A stretch of DNA of 58,337 nt, the filler included, from Sanchytrium tribonematis (taxonomy: Eukaryota), in the NCBI GenBank assembly GCA_018985235.1. It is 5 parts of 5 records of this genome, joined end to end, with 100 filler letters (N's around TTAATTAATTAA, not from the genome) between each part and the next. Parts side by side here need not be neighbours in the genome. Positions count along the whole stretch, not along the records: positions 1 to 11,672 come from JADGIG010000254.1; 4 more parts are not named here. One strand, 5' to 3'. The notes under the pieces were generated by a model. It saw only the letters and a program-made list of their open reading frames with translations, ran no database searches and was not told where the DNA came from. How positions within the stretch are numbered: position 1 is the first letter of the stretch; each line of letters starts with the position of its first letter. Positions 1-11,141 of the stretch are shown piece by piece. A program made the translations under genes and the position numbers.

Positions 1-1097
1 AAAGCAGTCTCATACTGTTTATGCCTCAAGTTGTCTTGCAGATGAAGCACTATATCCTCTGTTAAATTGATTTCGTATAATCCATCTCTTGTGATAAATT
101 TCTCATAAATTATACCTGCTGTGTATTCGGGATCATTCACACTTTGTAAATCATACACGGCTTTGAGAAATGATAAATTTTCAGCAGCAAATTCCCGTGT
201 TAAAAATTTTAAAAATGCATCAAAAAATTGACGTGTCTCTAAAATCATTTCTATATTCCATATTTTGGGTTTCTTCTTATAATGCATGAAATATCGTATG
301 ACTGGTATATGTAATCCAATAAATGCACCTACATTAATCATGCAAATCCAATACCAATTAATGGAAATCAAAAGTGAATCCATGGATAATCCGAAATAAG
401 GAAGAGAATTGGAGAGAATTATTGATGTAAATATCCAGATAACAAATAGCATGCTCTCATGTGCAATGCCAAAATTGTCTTTAATTTGAGTCAGCATGAT
501 AAAAACTGTTAATTCTAAAATACCAGAAATGCCACTCAATCCACCACTTACATTATCTGCAAATAGCACACAGTATGGGTTATTCTCTGTTACAGCCCAT
601 TGTGATGTCCTATATACGTAAAATAAGCCAGATAATAAAGAGGCACAAAATATGTAAAATGCACAAATACTCAAAATAAATCGATCTGTGAACCAAAATG
701 TGTGCTTAGCATACCACGATCTACATATAATTACTTTAAAGCACCATATCCGTAGTTTAAAATGACTCTGAGTCTGTAACTGCGATCTTAAATTTGAAAT
801 AATGAATAAAATACTCCTAAATGCAAACATGCTGCTGGCTAAGATGATGAATGCAGTGCCCATAATAGCCGTAAACAAGCAATATTTGTAGTCGTATGTT
901 CCATTTTCATAGGGATGACCAATTGTATGTGGTCTGCCAAGTGAAAGAACAACGCCTAAAGTTGAAATAAAAATAGTTGAGACCATCCAGGGTCTTCTGT
1001 AATATAAAAATGGTTCATTGCGGTAGAAATTCATCAAAAATATACTACCGAATATAGGAATGGCATAAATGAAGAATAAAAATCCAATAACATCCAT
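1..1097 (-). CDS. 7TM-RGS protein (GPCR-like membrane domain fused to RGS domain), runs off the window start
   Basis: Not in the ORF track because it has no stop. Manual translation from ATG at 1097 (MDVIGFLFFIYAIP...) gives several hydrophobic helices, then the RGS signature FLKFLTREFAAENLSFLKAV...IYEKFI...YEINL. The frame is open to position 1. Confidence 0.85.
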   Translation of the reverse strand, partial: MDVIGFLFFIYAIPIFGSIFLMNFYRNEPFLYYRRPWMVSTIFISTLGVVLSLGRPHTIGHPYENGTYDYKYCLFTAIMGTAFIILASSMFAFRSILFIISNLRSQLQTQSHFKLRIWCFKVIICRSWYAKHTFWFTDRFILSICAFYIFCASLLSGLFYVYRTSQWAVTENNPYCVLFADNVSGGLSGISGILELTVFIMLTQIKDNFGIAHESMLFVIWIFTSIILSNSLPYFGLSMDSLLISINWYWICMINVGAFIGLHIPVIRYFMHYKKKPKIWNIEMILETRQFFDAFLKFLTREFAAENLSFLKAVYDLQSVNDPEYTAGIIYEKFITRDGLYEINLTEDIVLHLQDNLRHKQYETA

Positions 1098-1173
1098 TTT
1101 GTGATTTTCAAGGAGTGTTTTAGGGGCACATTTAAATAGAACTAGAAAATGATTGGTTGACTATGTTTAAGAT

Positions 1174-4100
1174 TTATTGCATACGTAGCACCTGACCTGA
1201 CTGTCCCAACTGTGTGTTTCCCGCTGCACTTGTATGAGCTCCACCACCAATCACAGCGTTACAATCTGGACATCTGCTGGTTTCCATTGCCATTCCACAC
1301 TCCCCAATAGTGTATCTGTGACCATTTGGACAGCTGTACCAAATCAATGGTCTATTCCCTTCTCGTTCTAACACTTTCAAGACCATTTCCATGACTTTCA
1401 TGGGTTGTCCGTCTTTAATGGCTTGAATTTGTGTTTTATACTCTTTTAGCAGGCCGATACTAGTCGAACAATCTTTTCCTTGATTCATTAATTCATAAAT
1501 TTGAAATTCAATCTGATTTGCGTTATTTAGAGCAAATTCGCAATCATTGTCAATGTCATTTTTACAATTCTGCAAAACATTCAAATAATATACGAGAGTT
1601 CTCAAGTAAAATAATTTACAATCAATCTCTTTAAATGTTAATTTAGCATTTTGTGCGATATCATTGCAATCTTTTGCAATTTCTAATGATTTCTCAAATA
1701 ATTCTTCCAAATATGTTTGGCACTCTAACTTTTCATCTTGTTGCGCTATTTTAGAATATTCTTTATTTAAATAGTCATAGACATTGATAATAATTTGCAT
1801 TTGTAGCTCATTAAGGGCTAAAATCATTTTATAGTCCCTAAATGGTACATATTTGTAAATATCTGTTTCAATGCCTTTTAGTTGTAAAAATCTCTCTGAT
1901 GCATCAATAATTCGTTTATTTGGATCATTGGCTTCCAAATCGTCTTTTATTTTTGAGATATTTTGCATGTTACTCGTGTAATGCGCTTTGGCTTTCTTTA
2001 AAACTGTCTGTTTTTTCTTTAATTTCCCAACACCATTTATTACCAATTCTTGTAATTTACTGATTTTATTCTGATATTCTACTCTAAATCTACCAGTAGA
2101 ATGATCTAATATTGCTTTTTTCCACATTCTTGAATATCGTGAAATATTTGTAATTTGTGATTTGCAATTTGGACACTTTGGAAATGCTATAATTTGATTT
2201 AATTCTAAAGAAACCACTTGGTTTTCACTAAAATGATTCTCAAATCCCAATAAACCATCCAAACTTTCAATAGAAAAGAAATGTTGGCAGGGAAGCACGA
2301 TGATTGGTGTTTTATCCAAATTTAATTCACCATAAGTCTCTAGTGTAATAGTGTCTAGCTCATCCATGTATCTATCACTACATTCTCTGCAATAATCTTG
2401 TGGTGGACATGTTTCACCACAAACTGAGGGGCACTGGTGGCCACAAATTAGCAATTTTGAGCATCTTTTGTCGCATGGAACTATAATACAAGGTGCACCA
2501 CACGGAAGGGGGCATTCATCAACATGTTCACAAAAATCTTGGCATTTTTCTAAACAAACCAAACACGAATCCGCGCAATTATTTTTGCATTTTGAGTGTT
2601 TGCAACTTGCTGGACATTTATTTGTACATTTTCCATGTGGTTCATCCTTGGAGTGACATTGTAATTTGCATGTGTGGCCATTGACGACAGCATTGCAAAT
2701 TTTACTGCAATTTGGATGGGTTTTATTTTCGCAAACATGGTACAATCCGGTACATTCATGGCCACATTCTAGAGTGCTATGGCATGGTTCATTACATTGA
2801 ATATCTTCAATTTTCTCAATACACATTTTGGCGGTAAAATGACCACATGACAATTCTACATTTTCAACAATTTCTTGACATTGAAAAGTGAGAATTTTAC
2901 CACATTCAATAGATTTAATAACATGATTACATGGTAATGTGTAGTTTTTTAATGGTTCTATGCAAGGATCGCATTCCGATTTGCACATCTTTTTGCAAAA
3001 ATGACCACATTTTAATTTTTTGAGACAATCTTCGCGACATTCTAATAATCTGTGATCTTTCACATGGCATTGAAATTTACAGCTATGGCCGCACTCCATT
3101 CTGTTGTCGCATAGTTTTGAACAGCCTCCCTCAGGTGTTAAAGTTTCAAATTCTTGTGGGGATGTCAAATATTGGATATTTCCATGAGCTTGACAAATAA
3201 TCTCTAAATTTTCACTAATTCTTCCATTTTTACTGAAACTATTCTCAATTTCTTGCCATTTAGGCTGACATTTCTTTAATAATTCAATATTTCCAAGTAC
3301 GATCATTCCATCTCTTGCACGACTTAACATCACATTTATTCGATTGTCGATATCTAAAAATCCAATGGTTTGAGATGGCAAATTTCTAACGGTAGAAATT
3401 ACAATAATTTTTGATTCTTCTCCTTGAAAATTATCAACAGTAGAAATTCGAATGCTAGAAAGGGATTGTTTCTCTACGACGGGCTCAATTTCAGAATTTT
3501 CACCTTCTTTTATTAATTCATCCATGTCTGCTTCTTCAATCACGACAATGTATTTTTGGGAAAAGATCTTTTTTAAATGTAGCATTTGCCCCAAATATGG
3601 CGTCAAAACAACAATATCAGATGGTTTATACTCTTGATCAATGAGATAATTGACAATATTTAGTGTCATTTGTGCTTCCTGTTGATTTACTTTGGATGCT
3701 TGCTCATCTTCCTTGTTTTCTTCCCAAGTGTGATTGAAAAATATCATATTTTTCGTGAATCCTTTAATATTTTCACGATTTAAACACGAATAATCATCTT
3801 TTAGTGATGGGTAATAAAGTCTTCTAGGGATTTCTGATATTTCTGGTCTCATTCTACGCTGTACATCCAACGTTTCCATTTTCATATTCAATTTTGCCAA
3901 TCTTTCAAACATTGACAAATTTATATTAAATTTGTGATGTTTGGATTCTTTGGATAGATCATGGTGATTGATTTTAGCTGTTAGCTGTTGATCATCTCCA
4001 ATTAATATGATTTGTTCTACAGATGGCTGCAAAGAGACCAAAATATGCCCCTCTAAACACTCCGCTGCTTCCTCGCAGAATACAATTTTGGGATTTATTG

Positions 4101-6767
4101 CTTTAATGATGTTTATGTTGCTGCTTAATCCAGTCGTAGTCAAACCTATGATATCCACATTTCCACGTTTTAAGAAGGCGACTTTCTCATTCGCTTGTAA
4201 TTCTCGCAATTCGCTTTTTTTAGCTTGATAATTTTTAGAAATTTTAGCAATCTCAAACTTGTAACTATCATCTAGTGCCTCTATCACATCTTGGATCAAT
4301 TCATGACGTTGAGCTAAATTTAATTTGTAAAGATCTTTTGCAAAATCAAACCCTTGATAATTTTCCAATTCAAATAATTCAAATGCTTGATCGGATAATC
4401 CCAAGACATCTTCAGCATCATTGTACCATTTTTCAAACGCAGCATTGTTTTTGAATGGCTTTTCTTGGAAATTGGTCAAATTTTGCATAAATCTTTTAAA
4501 TTTAGAGAAAAGATTTTCCTCTGGATCTGTGTTGATTTTCACCAAATCGTCTGCAACTTTCTTCATTGCGTCTAATTCTTTTCTCAATGCAAATAATCCT
4601 GGCATTGGAATTCTATTTTCTCGACAAAGTTTATTTATCTCTATTTCTTGAACTGCTGGCACTTTCGATCTGCTACCAATTCTAACAGCCGTAACATCCG
4701 TATTTTGGTCCATAATAGTTTCCAAGAAACTATCTAATGCATGATTTGTGTACGCAATGATCAAAATTGGTGTTAAGTTGAATTTGGCCTTGTTTCTCAG
4801 AAATGTTTGAATTATTCTGCTTCAGTATAAGATTTACCAGTACCTGGGGGACCTTTTATCAATGTTACTTTTTGAGTTAATGCTGCGCATAGTGCCTGTG
4901 ACTGTGTTTCATCCATGGTAGACCAATCAGATAATGCGCTTTTCACAATCTCAATAGAATCTTCTATAAGTAACTCATTTGTCTCGAGAAATAAATCCTG
5001 AGACTCTTTGTTTAACAGGTGTCTGAGATTCCATGAAGGATCAGGCACTTGAAGATACTTTGGAGGCGATTTTAAAACTTCAATATTTCCCTCGTAAGTA
5101 ATATGATTTAAAATCTCATTTTCACTATATGCTAATTCCTTTAATGCCTCCAATACTGATTTGAATCCTATTAACGAAACTTTTGGCAATTCTATTAATT
5201 TCAAAGTTTTTTGATCCATTTTAGCCCATCTTTCCGTCAAATAATCGACATCGGCCTTCTCAATTGGAAAAATAGTCACTTTTGGAGATTTTGATGCGTA
5301 TTCTTTGATGTCGGATTCCGAAATGACACAAATCATAATTCTATCATTTTCAAGTAAAAAATAACATTGATCCATTCCAAAACTGCCTTTTCTCTCATAA
5401 ATTTCCTTTAAATTTTTCTTCTTCCCGGATTTTAATGAAATTTGCTCAAATTCTAGCACAAAAGATGCTCCTTTTTCAGTCGTTGTTGGACGTAAAATTT
5501 TTACAGAATTGTAAATTTGAAGTGCGACTTTTCCAAATCTCTTGTATTCTGTTTTATTTAAGGCCTGGATAACTTTTGCTTTGGATTCAACGACTTGAAA
5601 TGCTTCTCTTAGGAAATAGACCACATCTTCTCGCATTAGTCTGAAATGGGTGTCTAATAAACAATTTAAAGGGTTTAATCCTTCCACATTGCCATTTTTC
5701 TGATTTAAAGGCAAGAATGGCTTATCTCTACTTTGCAATTCTGCTCTTGTAGGGATAATATTGATTTCTGAAAAAATCTCAAAATCATTATCGTGTCTAG
5801 ATCCAGGTCCCTTGAAGAATTTGACACTTGCTTCAACGGCAATTTTGTTAGTTTTATTTAATTTTGGCTTTGGTTGTTCTACTTTCATGATTAGTAACTC
5901 AATTCTCTCTACCATTTTCGGATCATCATCCCTGAAACAGCCTAATTGATTAGCTTGCTGATAAAGTCCTGCAAAAAGTAGAAATATTCTCTCCCATTCG
6001 GTCTTTTCTAATCTTCCCTTGATCGTATAACGAGGCACATCCAATAAAACTTTTAAAAGGGGGTAAAACATTTCCGTAAAGAAAATGGGCTTGTAGCATC
6101 TGCTGATATAGCTATCCTCCCAGTAATTACTCAATCCTCTTTTCACCAAATCTTCTAAACATTGATAATAGACCAATTCAAAGTTTTGCTTCAAGTCTAA
6201 AAATATCTCAAATGTTCTATTTTTGAATGTTTCAAGCACACTACTTTCGAATTTGTTGTCAGATAAAAAAATTAACAACGGCATTACAGTTACCTCAAAA
6301 CAATTTCGATTTCTGGCTCCTTTTTCATAGCATTGGATTTCTGGGCGCTCCAAAACAGTTTTAAAGTTTTTTAAATACGAATCAAAATGACTCACTAACA
6401 CGTCATTATGGTGCTCATTATAAAACACCATAGCAGACACGAATGAAGACAAATCATCTTCTTTGAGCTTCTCCAACGTTTCTAATCCACGATTTCCTTG
6501 AAATGTGGTGAGATGAAATGGATCAATTCCGACGCCAATTCTCTTTAAATATTCACTTCTAACTTGTCTGGCATTCTTTACTGATCGTTTTTCATGTTTA
6601 AATTGACAGTTTTCACCACTGCAGTTTCTCTTATTGCATAATAATTCTGACGCATCTTCGTGAATTCTGCCACATGACTTGTTACACCCTTTTCTTCTGC
6701 AAATAACAGCACCATTGGATTTTTTATTTTTGTTTTTATGTTTGTTTTCTCCAGACATGTGCATCAA
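1174..6767 (-). CDS. ZNFX1: NFX1-type zinc finger SF1 (UPF1-like) helicase ZNFX1/Hrr1 homologue with C-terminal RZ finger; split by a 1-nt frameshift near 4823
   Basis: Motifs RHDNDF, LLDTHFRLMRED, Walker A GPPGTGKS, YTNHALD, EEAAE, IGDDQQL, QRRMRPEI, TVDNFQGEE, NVMLSRAR; many CGHxC NFX1 fingers; RZ finger WYSCPNGHRYTIGECG...CPDC...GGGAH. The track ORFs 4812-6767 and 1174-4764 join if one C is added at 4823. Confidence 0.92.
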
Positions 6768-6793
6768 GCCTCGCTAATGACCCAATATATTTC

Positions 6794-8668
6794 ATGACAA
6801 TCTACAAGACGATATCCTTTGTGAAGTTTGATTGGATAAAATTTAAAAAAGTGATTATAACAAGAATCACGCTGCCTAGATGCATCAAAATGGATTCCAT
6901 CTTACCAATGTACAAATACGATGTGAAATTCAACGAATTAATCACTCATCAAATGAATTCTATTAAAATTGAAATCCTTGTCCACCATCCAAGCACATTT
7001 TGGCTCATTGAATTGGTCACTGGTGTTAAAATTCATGTTCAAATGACTGATTTAATGCAATATATAGTCGTACATGACCACAAATACGCAGAAGAAGCCA
7101 TTCAAATGATTTACAAAAGATATTTAAATTACCCAAACAATCAAACAATGCCAATTGATTTATTTTATTATAGTTATCCAAATTATATTAGATCATTATT
7201 ACGCATTATTTACTATGATTTGAGTATTTATTTGGAGTTTACTGGAAATCAAAGTAGCACCATGAAATCTATTTTATTGCTTTTAACGCATGAATTTCAT
7301 TATTCATTACTTGATCAATGCGATTCCAGTGTAACTAATCTATTCATGAATAATTGGAAAAGAGAATTGACATATTTGGATACTTGTACTGTCAACAAAA
7401 CCACATTTTATATCAAAATTCAATCTGCTTGGCAAAGTATAAAAATGAGATGTGCGCAAATGGATGTATTTCAATACAATAGATATTTCATACAAAATAT
7501 TCCATTTTCAATTTTATTGGATTATAATCAACCCAGATATCAATTATTTCTAAATCCCTTGTACGATTTTACAAATATTTCAGATGAAATTCTGATTGAA
7601 TTTGCAAGTTTAAAAGGTGTTTATTTAATTGGAATTTTCAACAAGATAAACAGAAATGATTTAATGGGAAGAATTATGATGTTAATTATAATTTATCAGG
7701 GTTATTTGGAGAGTCAGCAGTATGATTTACGAATTAATCATTATGAAGCCAGTCAAATCCTATTTTCACCTTCATTTATTGAAAACTGTTTAAACTATTC
7801 TAAATCTGATGTAAATTTCGTATTAAATCTGATGAATCTCATTAAATCTTGGCCAAATCTAAATTTAAAGCTGATATATGAAAATTGTCCATCCAATTTG
7901 GATAATGTTCTTGAATTTGACAAAATGAAGTTGAGAAATCCCATTTTAGCTGATATTTACTATGAAAATGATAAATTAATCAGGGGAGATGTTCAAACAA
8001 CATCCATTGAAATTTCAAATGCATGTCAATCCGGATTAAAAATTTTATACGGGATATATCAAAATGATGGTAAAGTGCATAATCTATTAGAAAGTGTAAA
8101 ACTCATTGATGATTCTGTATATTGCCAGAAATATCCAAATTTTATTTATTATTCAATTTTATCGTGGATGATGATTAGTTTGACTAGTATTATCATTCAG
8201 CCATTACTATTTATATGGCCGTTATCGGGTGTTGTTTTCGTGTTGAATATAAGTGCAATCTTTTCCAATTTTTTATTGGTTTCTGCAGAAAGTTATTCGA
8301 ATTTGGTCAAATGTCAAAATATCAAGGAATTAGTCAAGCAGGGACTGGATGATGATCTTGTCAAAGTGTGGACACTAAAACGTTTCTTAAATGGCTCCCT
8401 CTCCATTCAAAAGTCGACTATGTTAGATATTTTACAAAATGGAAATTATAAAATTGGCAATTTTGATATATCTGGTGGCTATACATTTAAGATGTTATAC
8501 GATGCTGGATTCAAATATTCTAAAGTAGGCGTATATCATGTATTTACAGATTTGTATTATTCTAGTTTTTACGTGCTTTCTGGTAAAATTCATAAATTTC
8601 CTTTTCAGATCGCAAATCATGGATATTTGCCAGATATTGAAAAGAATAGGCGCCTTGAGATTGAATAA
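6794..8668 (+). CDS. Hypothetical protein with a hydrophobic (probably two-TM) segment near the C-terminus
   Basis: 624-aa open frame in AT-rich DNA; hydrophobic stretch FIYYSILSWMMISL...VVFVLNISAIF; no family recognised; start may be the ATG at 6890. Confidence 0.6.
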   Translation: MTIYKTISFVKFDWIKFKKVIITRITLPRCIKMDSILPMYKYDVKFNELITHQMNSIKIEILVHHPSTFWLIELVTGVKIHVQMTDLMQYIVVHDHKYAEEAIQMIYKRYLNYPNNQTMPIDLFYYSYPNYIRSLLRIIYYDLSIYLEFTGNQSSTMKSILLLLTHEFHYSLLDQCDSSVTNLFMNNWKRELTYLDTCTVNKTTFYIKIQSAWQSIKMRCAQMDVFQYNRYFIQNIPFSILLDYNQPRYQLFLNPLYDFTNISDEILIEFASLKGVYLIGIFNKINRNDLMGRIMMLIIIYQGYLESQQYDLRINHYEASQILFSPSFIENCLNYSKSDVNFVLNLMNLIKSWPNLNLKLIYENCPSNLDNVLEFDKMKLRNPILADIYYENDKLIRGDVQTTSIEISNACQSGLKILYGIYQNDGKVHNLLESVKLIDDSVYCQKYPNFIYYSILSWMMISLTSIIIQPLLFIWPLSGVVFVLNISAIFSNFLLVSAESYSNLVKCQNIKELVKQGLDDDLVKVWTLKRFLNGSLSIQKSTMLDILQNGNYKIGNFDISGGYTFKMLYDAGFKYSKVGVYHVFTDLYYSSFYVLSGKIHKFPFQIANHGYLPDIEKNRRLEIE

Positions 8669-8678
8669 ATGTGATTTA

Positions 8679-9173
8679 TTATAGCAATTTTTTGATATCG
8701 TCTTCAAATTTGAGTGGATCATCTTGAGGAGAATATCTTTTTAAAACATTTCCATCTTTATCTACCAGAAATTTGGTGAAATTCCATTTGATACTAGTAG
8801 TTCCCAAAATACCCTTTTTAGAAGTTTTGAGATATTCGAATAAAGGATGCGCATTTTCACCATTTACATCTAGTTTGGCAAATAATGGAAATGTGACTCC
8901 ATGGTTTCGCTTACAGGCAATAGCAATCTCATCACCCTCAAGTGGTTCTTGTCCATTGAATTGATTACATGGAAATCCCAAAATGGCTAAACCCTGATCT
9001 TTGTATTTTTGATGCAATTCTTCCAATCCTGTAAATTGTTTGGCGTAGAGGCATTCAGTGGCTGTATTGACAATCAGCAATGCCTTTCCTTTGTACTCAC
9101 TCATCGAGACATCTTTTCCGTTCAAAGTAGCTTTGAAGTCGTAAATTGTTTGCGTCATGGCAAAGGGGTCCAT
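8679..9173 (-). CDS. Glutathione peroxidase family (Cys-type, thioredoxin-dependent GPx-like)
   Basis: LIVNTATEC (peroxidatic Cys, TGC codon), LGFPCNQF, WNFTKFLV signatures. Confidence 0.95.
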   Translation of the reverse strand: MDPFAMTQTIYDFKATLNGKDVSMSEYKGKALLIVNTATECLYAKQFTGLEELHQKYKDQGLAILGFPCNQFNGQEPLEGDEIAIACKRNHGVTFPLFAKLDVNGENAHPLFEYLKTSKKGILGTTSIKWNFTKFLVDKDGNVLKRYSPQDDPLKFEDDIKKLL

Positions 9174-9434
9174 TTCATTTTTAAATCTGCTCTATTGGTG
9201 CAATCTGTACGAAATCCAATAGTCGATGATGACCTGAAAAACAGAGACATGTGCACACAAAAGTAATACAAAAGCACAGGTTATCTCGAGTATCCTGTAC
9301 TGTCTTGATTTTTCATTTTTCAGGTTGATTGTATGAAAAATTTATGAAATTGAATTTGCACCAATAAGTCTCAAATATTTTCCTTGGATTCCTGAGAGAC
9401 AGATCAAAAGCAGAATGATCTATCCTGTATTGAG

Positions 9435-9710
9435 ATGAGTCATTTTTTTATGATTTACGAACTAATATCAAAGAGCATTGAAAAAGCCTCACTTTCTAAA
9501 GGTCAACCATTATATGTCAAAGCAAAACTCAATCAGGTCATTAGAGATTTAGAATTTAATTATCCAATTACTTTTATGAAGATTGCAGATCCGCAAATGT
9601 CTTTTGTTGAAATTGAAGAGCGCATTAATGATTTGATTAAAATGGGTTATTTGGATGAAAATATCGTGAATCAGGATCCAATGATGGGTAAACTCGTTCA
9701 AATTAAGTAA
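9435..9710 (+). CDS. Small hypothetical protein
   Basis: 91-aa ORF with normal composition; stop abuts the convergent gene (2-nt gap). Confidence 0.4.
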   Translation: MSHFFMIYELISKSIEKASLSKGQPLYVKAKLNQVIRDLEFNYPITFMKIADPQMSFVEIEERINDLIKMGYLDENIVNQDPMMGKLVQIK

Positions 9711-9712
9711 AT

Positions 9713-10540
9713 TCATTTATTATCAACACCATTGTCAAGCATTGAATCTGTTTTTGATAGATTTAAGCTTGATAAATAACCTTGTTGTCCAACAGAATCC
9801 AATAAATCATCATAAAATCGTATTAAAAATAGTAGCCGAAGCAAATAAGTAAATGCTCTCAATGGTCTATCCAATGTATTTAGTTGTAATTTGCTAATTA
9901 TCAACAAAATGTCAAAAATGCATAAAATGAAAAGAGATAAACTCAATTCTACACTTAATTTCCGTTTAATATCTAATCTATATTCTAAAATTTCCAATAT
10001 TTTACGCAATAAAACGACATATAGCAGAATCTCTCCAATAGCAATCATAAAACTGAAAATAATTGCTAAAAAGTAGCCAGATAATCTCAAATCCATTTGT
10101 GGTATATAATAAGAAATAATGCCTAATGCTTGAGTGGGCAGCATCACTAATAGCAGTAGCCATGGCGTCCATTTGACTAATTGATCAAATTTGGAGTAAA
10201 TAGCCAAAGAATTGATTCTGACAGAATATAAATAATTTGCAATAAAAATCATAATAAACCAAGTCAAGGTACCTAAAATGTCATTTAATAGACGTGGGGC
10301 ATCAAGATACTGCTCACTCATCACTATACATGCATTAAATATCGCACTAAATAGTCCCGTTTGTAGTAAAATGAAGAATAATTTGGATTTATGAGGAAAT
10401 ACGAAATATGATTTAGAGATAGCTGCTAAATAAATGATGATATCCGCTCCAAATAACATGAATGCGAGAGCTTCTGTGATGGAAACCATGCAACAAACAC
10501 TCCAGTTGCAAATGTGCAATACCATGAGGAACGCGCACAT
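9713..10540 (-). CDS. Multi-pass membrane protein (about 7 hydrophobic helices, GPCR-like topology)
   Basis: 275 aa, alternating hydrophobic segments and a polar C-tail; no family recognised. Confidence 0.65.
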   Translation of the reverse strand: MCAFLMVLHICNWSVCCMVSITEALAFMLFGADIIIYLAAISKSYFVFPHKSKLFFILLQTGLFSAIFNACIVMSEQYLDAPRLLNDILGTLTWFIMIFIANYLYSVRINSLAIYSKFDQLVKWTPWLLLLVMLPTQALGIISYYIPQMDLRLSGYFLAIIFSFMIAIGEILLYVVLLRKILEILEYRLDIKRKLSVELSLSLFILCIFDILLIISKLQLNTLDRPLRAFTYLLRLLFLIRFYDDLLDSVGQQGYLSSLNLSKTDSMLDNGVDNK

Positions 10541-10879
10541 GATGAGTCATCGGTGAGTCTCTTACATGATCAACTATCAAATTAACGATACAAATTCATG
10601 ATTGACTACTCAACACCGCATTGACTTTGTAAATGGGTGAAATGTATCCATTTTTCACTTTGTTTTCACTTGGTTTTCCCTTGGTGGTCGTCCAACTGCC
10701 ACAAGTCAATCGTTTTGCTCTAAAGACTTGCTCGATGACTGTGATTGGTGATTTCATCTGGTAAATCGTTTTGCTCATTGTCAGCAAGCAACGTCCATTG
10801 GTTTAAGATATATGAGAAAGGTGCTTGGCTCAATGCACTCGATTTAAAAATCTAGATCGCCCAACATGGTACAGTATCT

Positions 10880-11140
10880 ATGGATCAAGCAGTGAAAATC
10901 ATTCAATTGTCCGTCCGAAAAGAGCATGTCATGAACTCCAAAAATCTGAATGATCAAATCAGATTGAAATTGATGTTGCATCGTCTCCGTAAAGAGAATC
11001 CAATTAGTTTCTTAGAGGCAACATCTCCCAATTTAAATAGAGCAGGGATCTTAATGTCTATACGCAAAATGGTGAAGGGAAATCAAACGAGTTACGAATT
11101 TGTTCGTAAAGAAATGAAAGAAATATCACTAAAGAAATAA
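10880..11140 (+). CDS. Small basic hypothetical protein
   Basis: 86-aa ORF; stop lies 1 nt from the convergent gene's stop. Confidence 0.35.
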   Translation: MDQAVKIIQLSVRKEHVMNSKNLNDQIRLKLMLHRLRKENPISFLEATSPNLNRAGILMSIRKMVKGNQTSYEFVRKEMKEISLKK

Positions 11141-11141
11141 A

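Noticed and set aside
4765..4840. Intron explaining the ZNFX1 split
   Set aside because: The nearest GT-AG pairs (18 or 21 nt) would delete the Walker A Lys-Ser and not restore the frame; the intervening sequence encodes expected residues.
2468..5949. Short ORFs antisense to or overlapping ZNFX1 (and similar ones inside other long genes)
   Set aside because: Shadow frames of well-supported genes with no independent motifs.
9051..9053. Selenocysteine in the glutathione peroxidase
   Set aside because: The active-site codon is TGC (Cys), not TGA.
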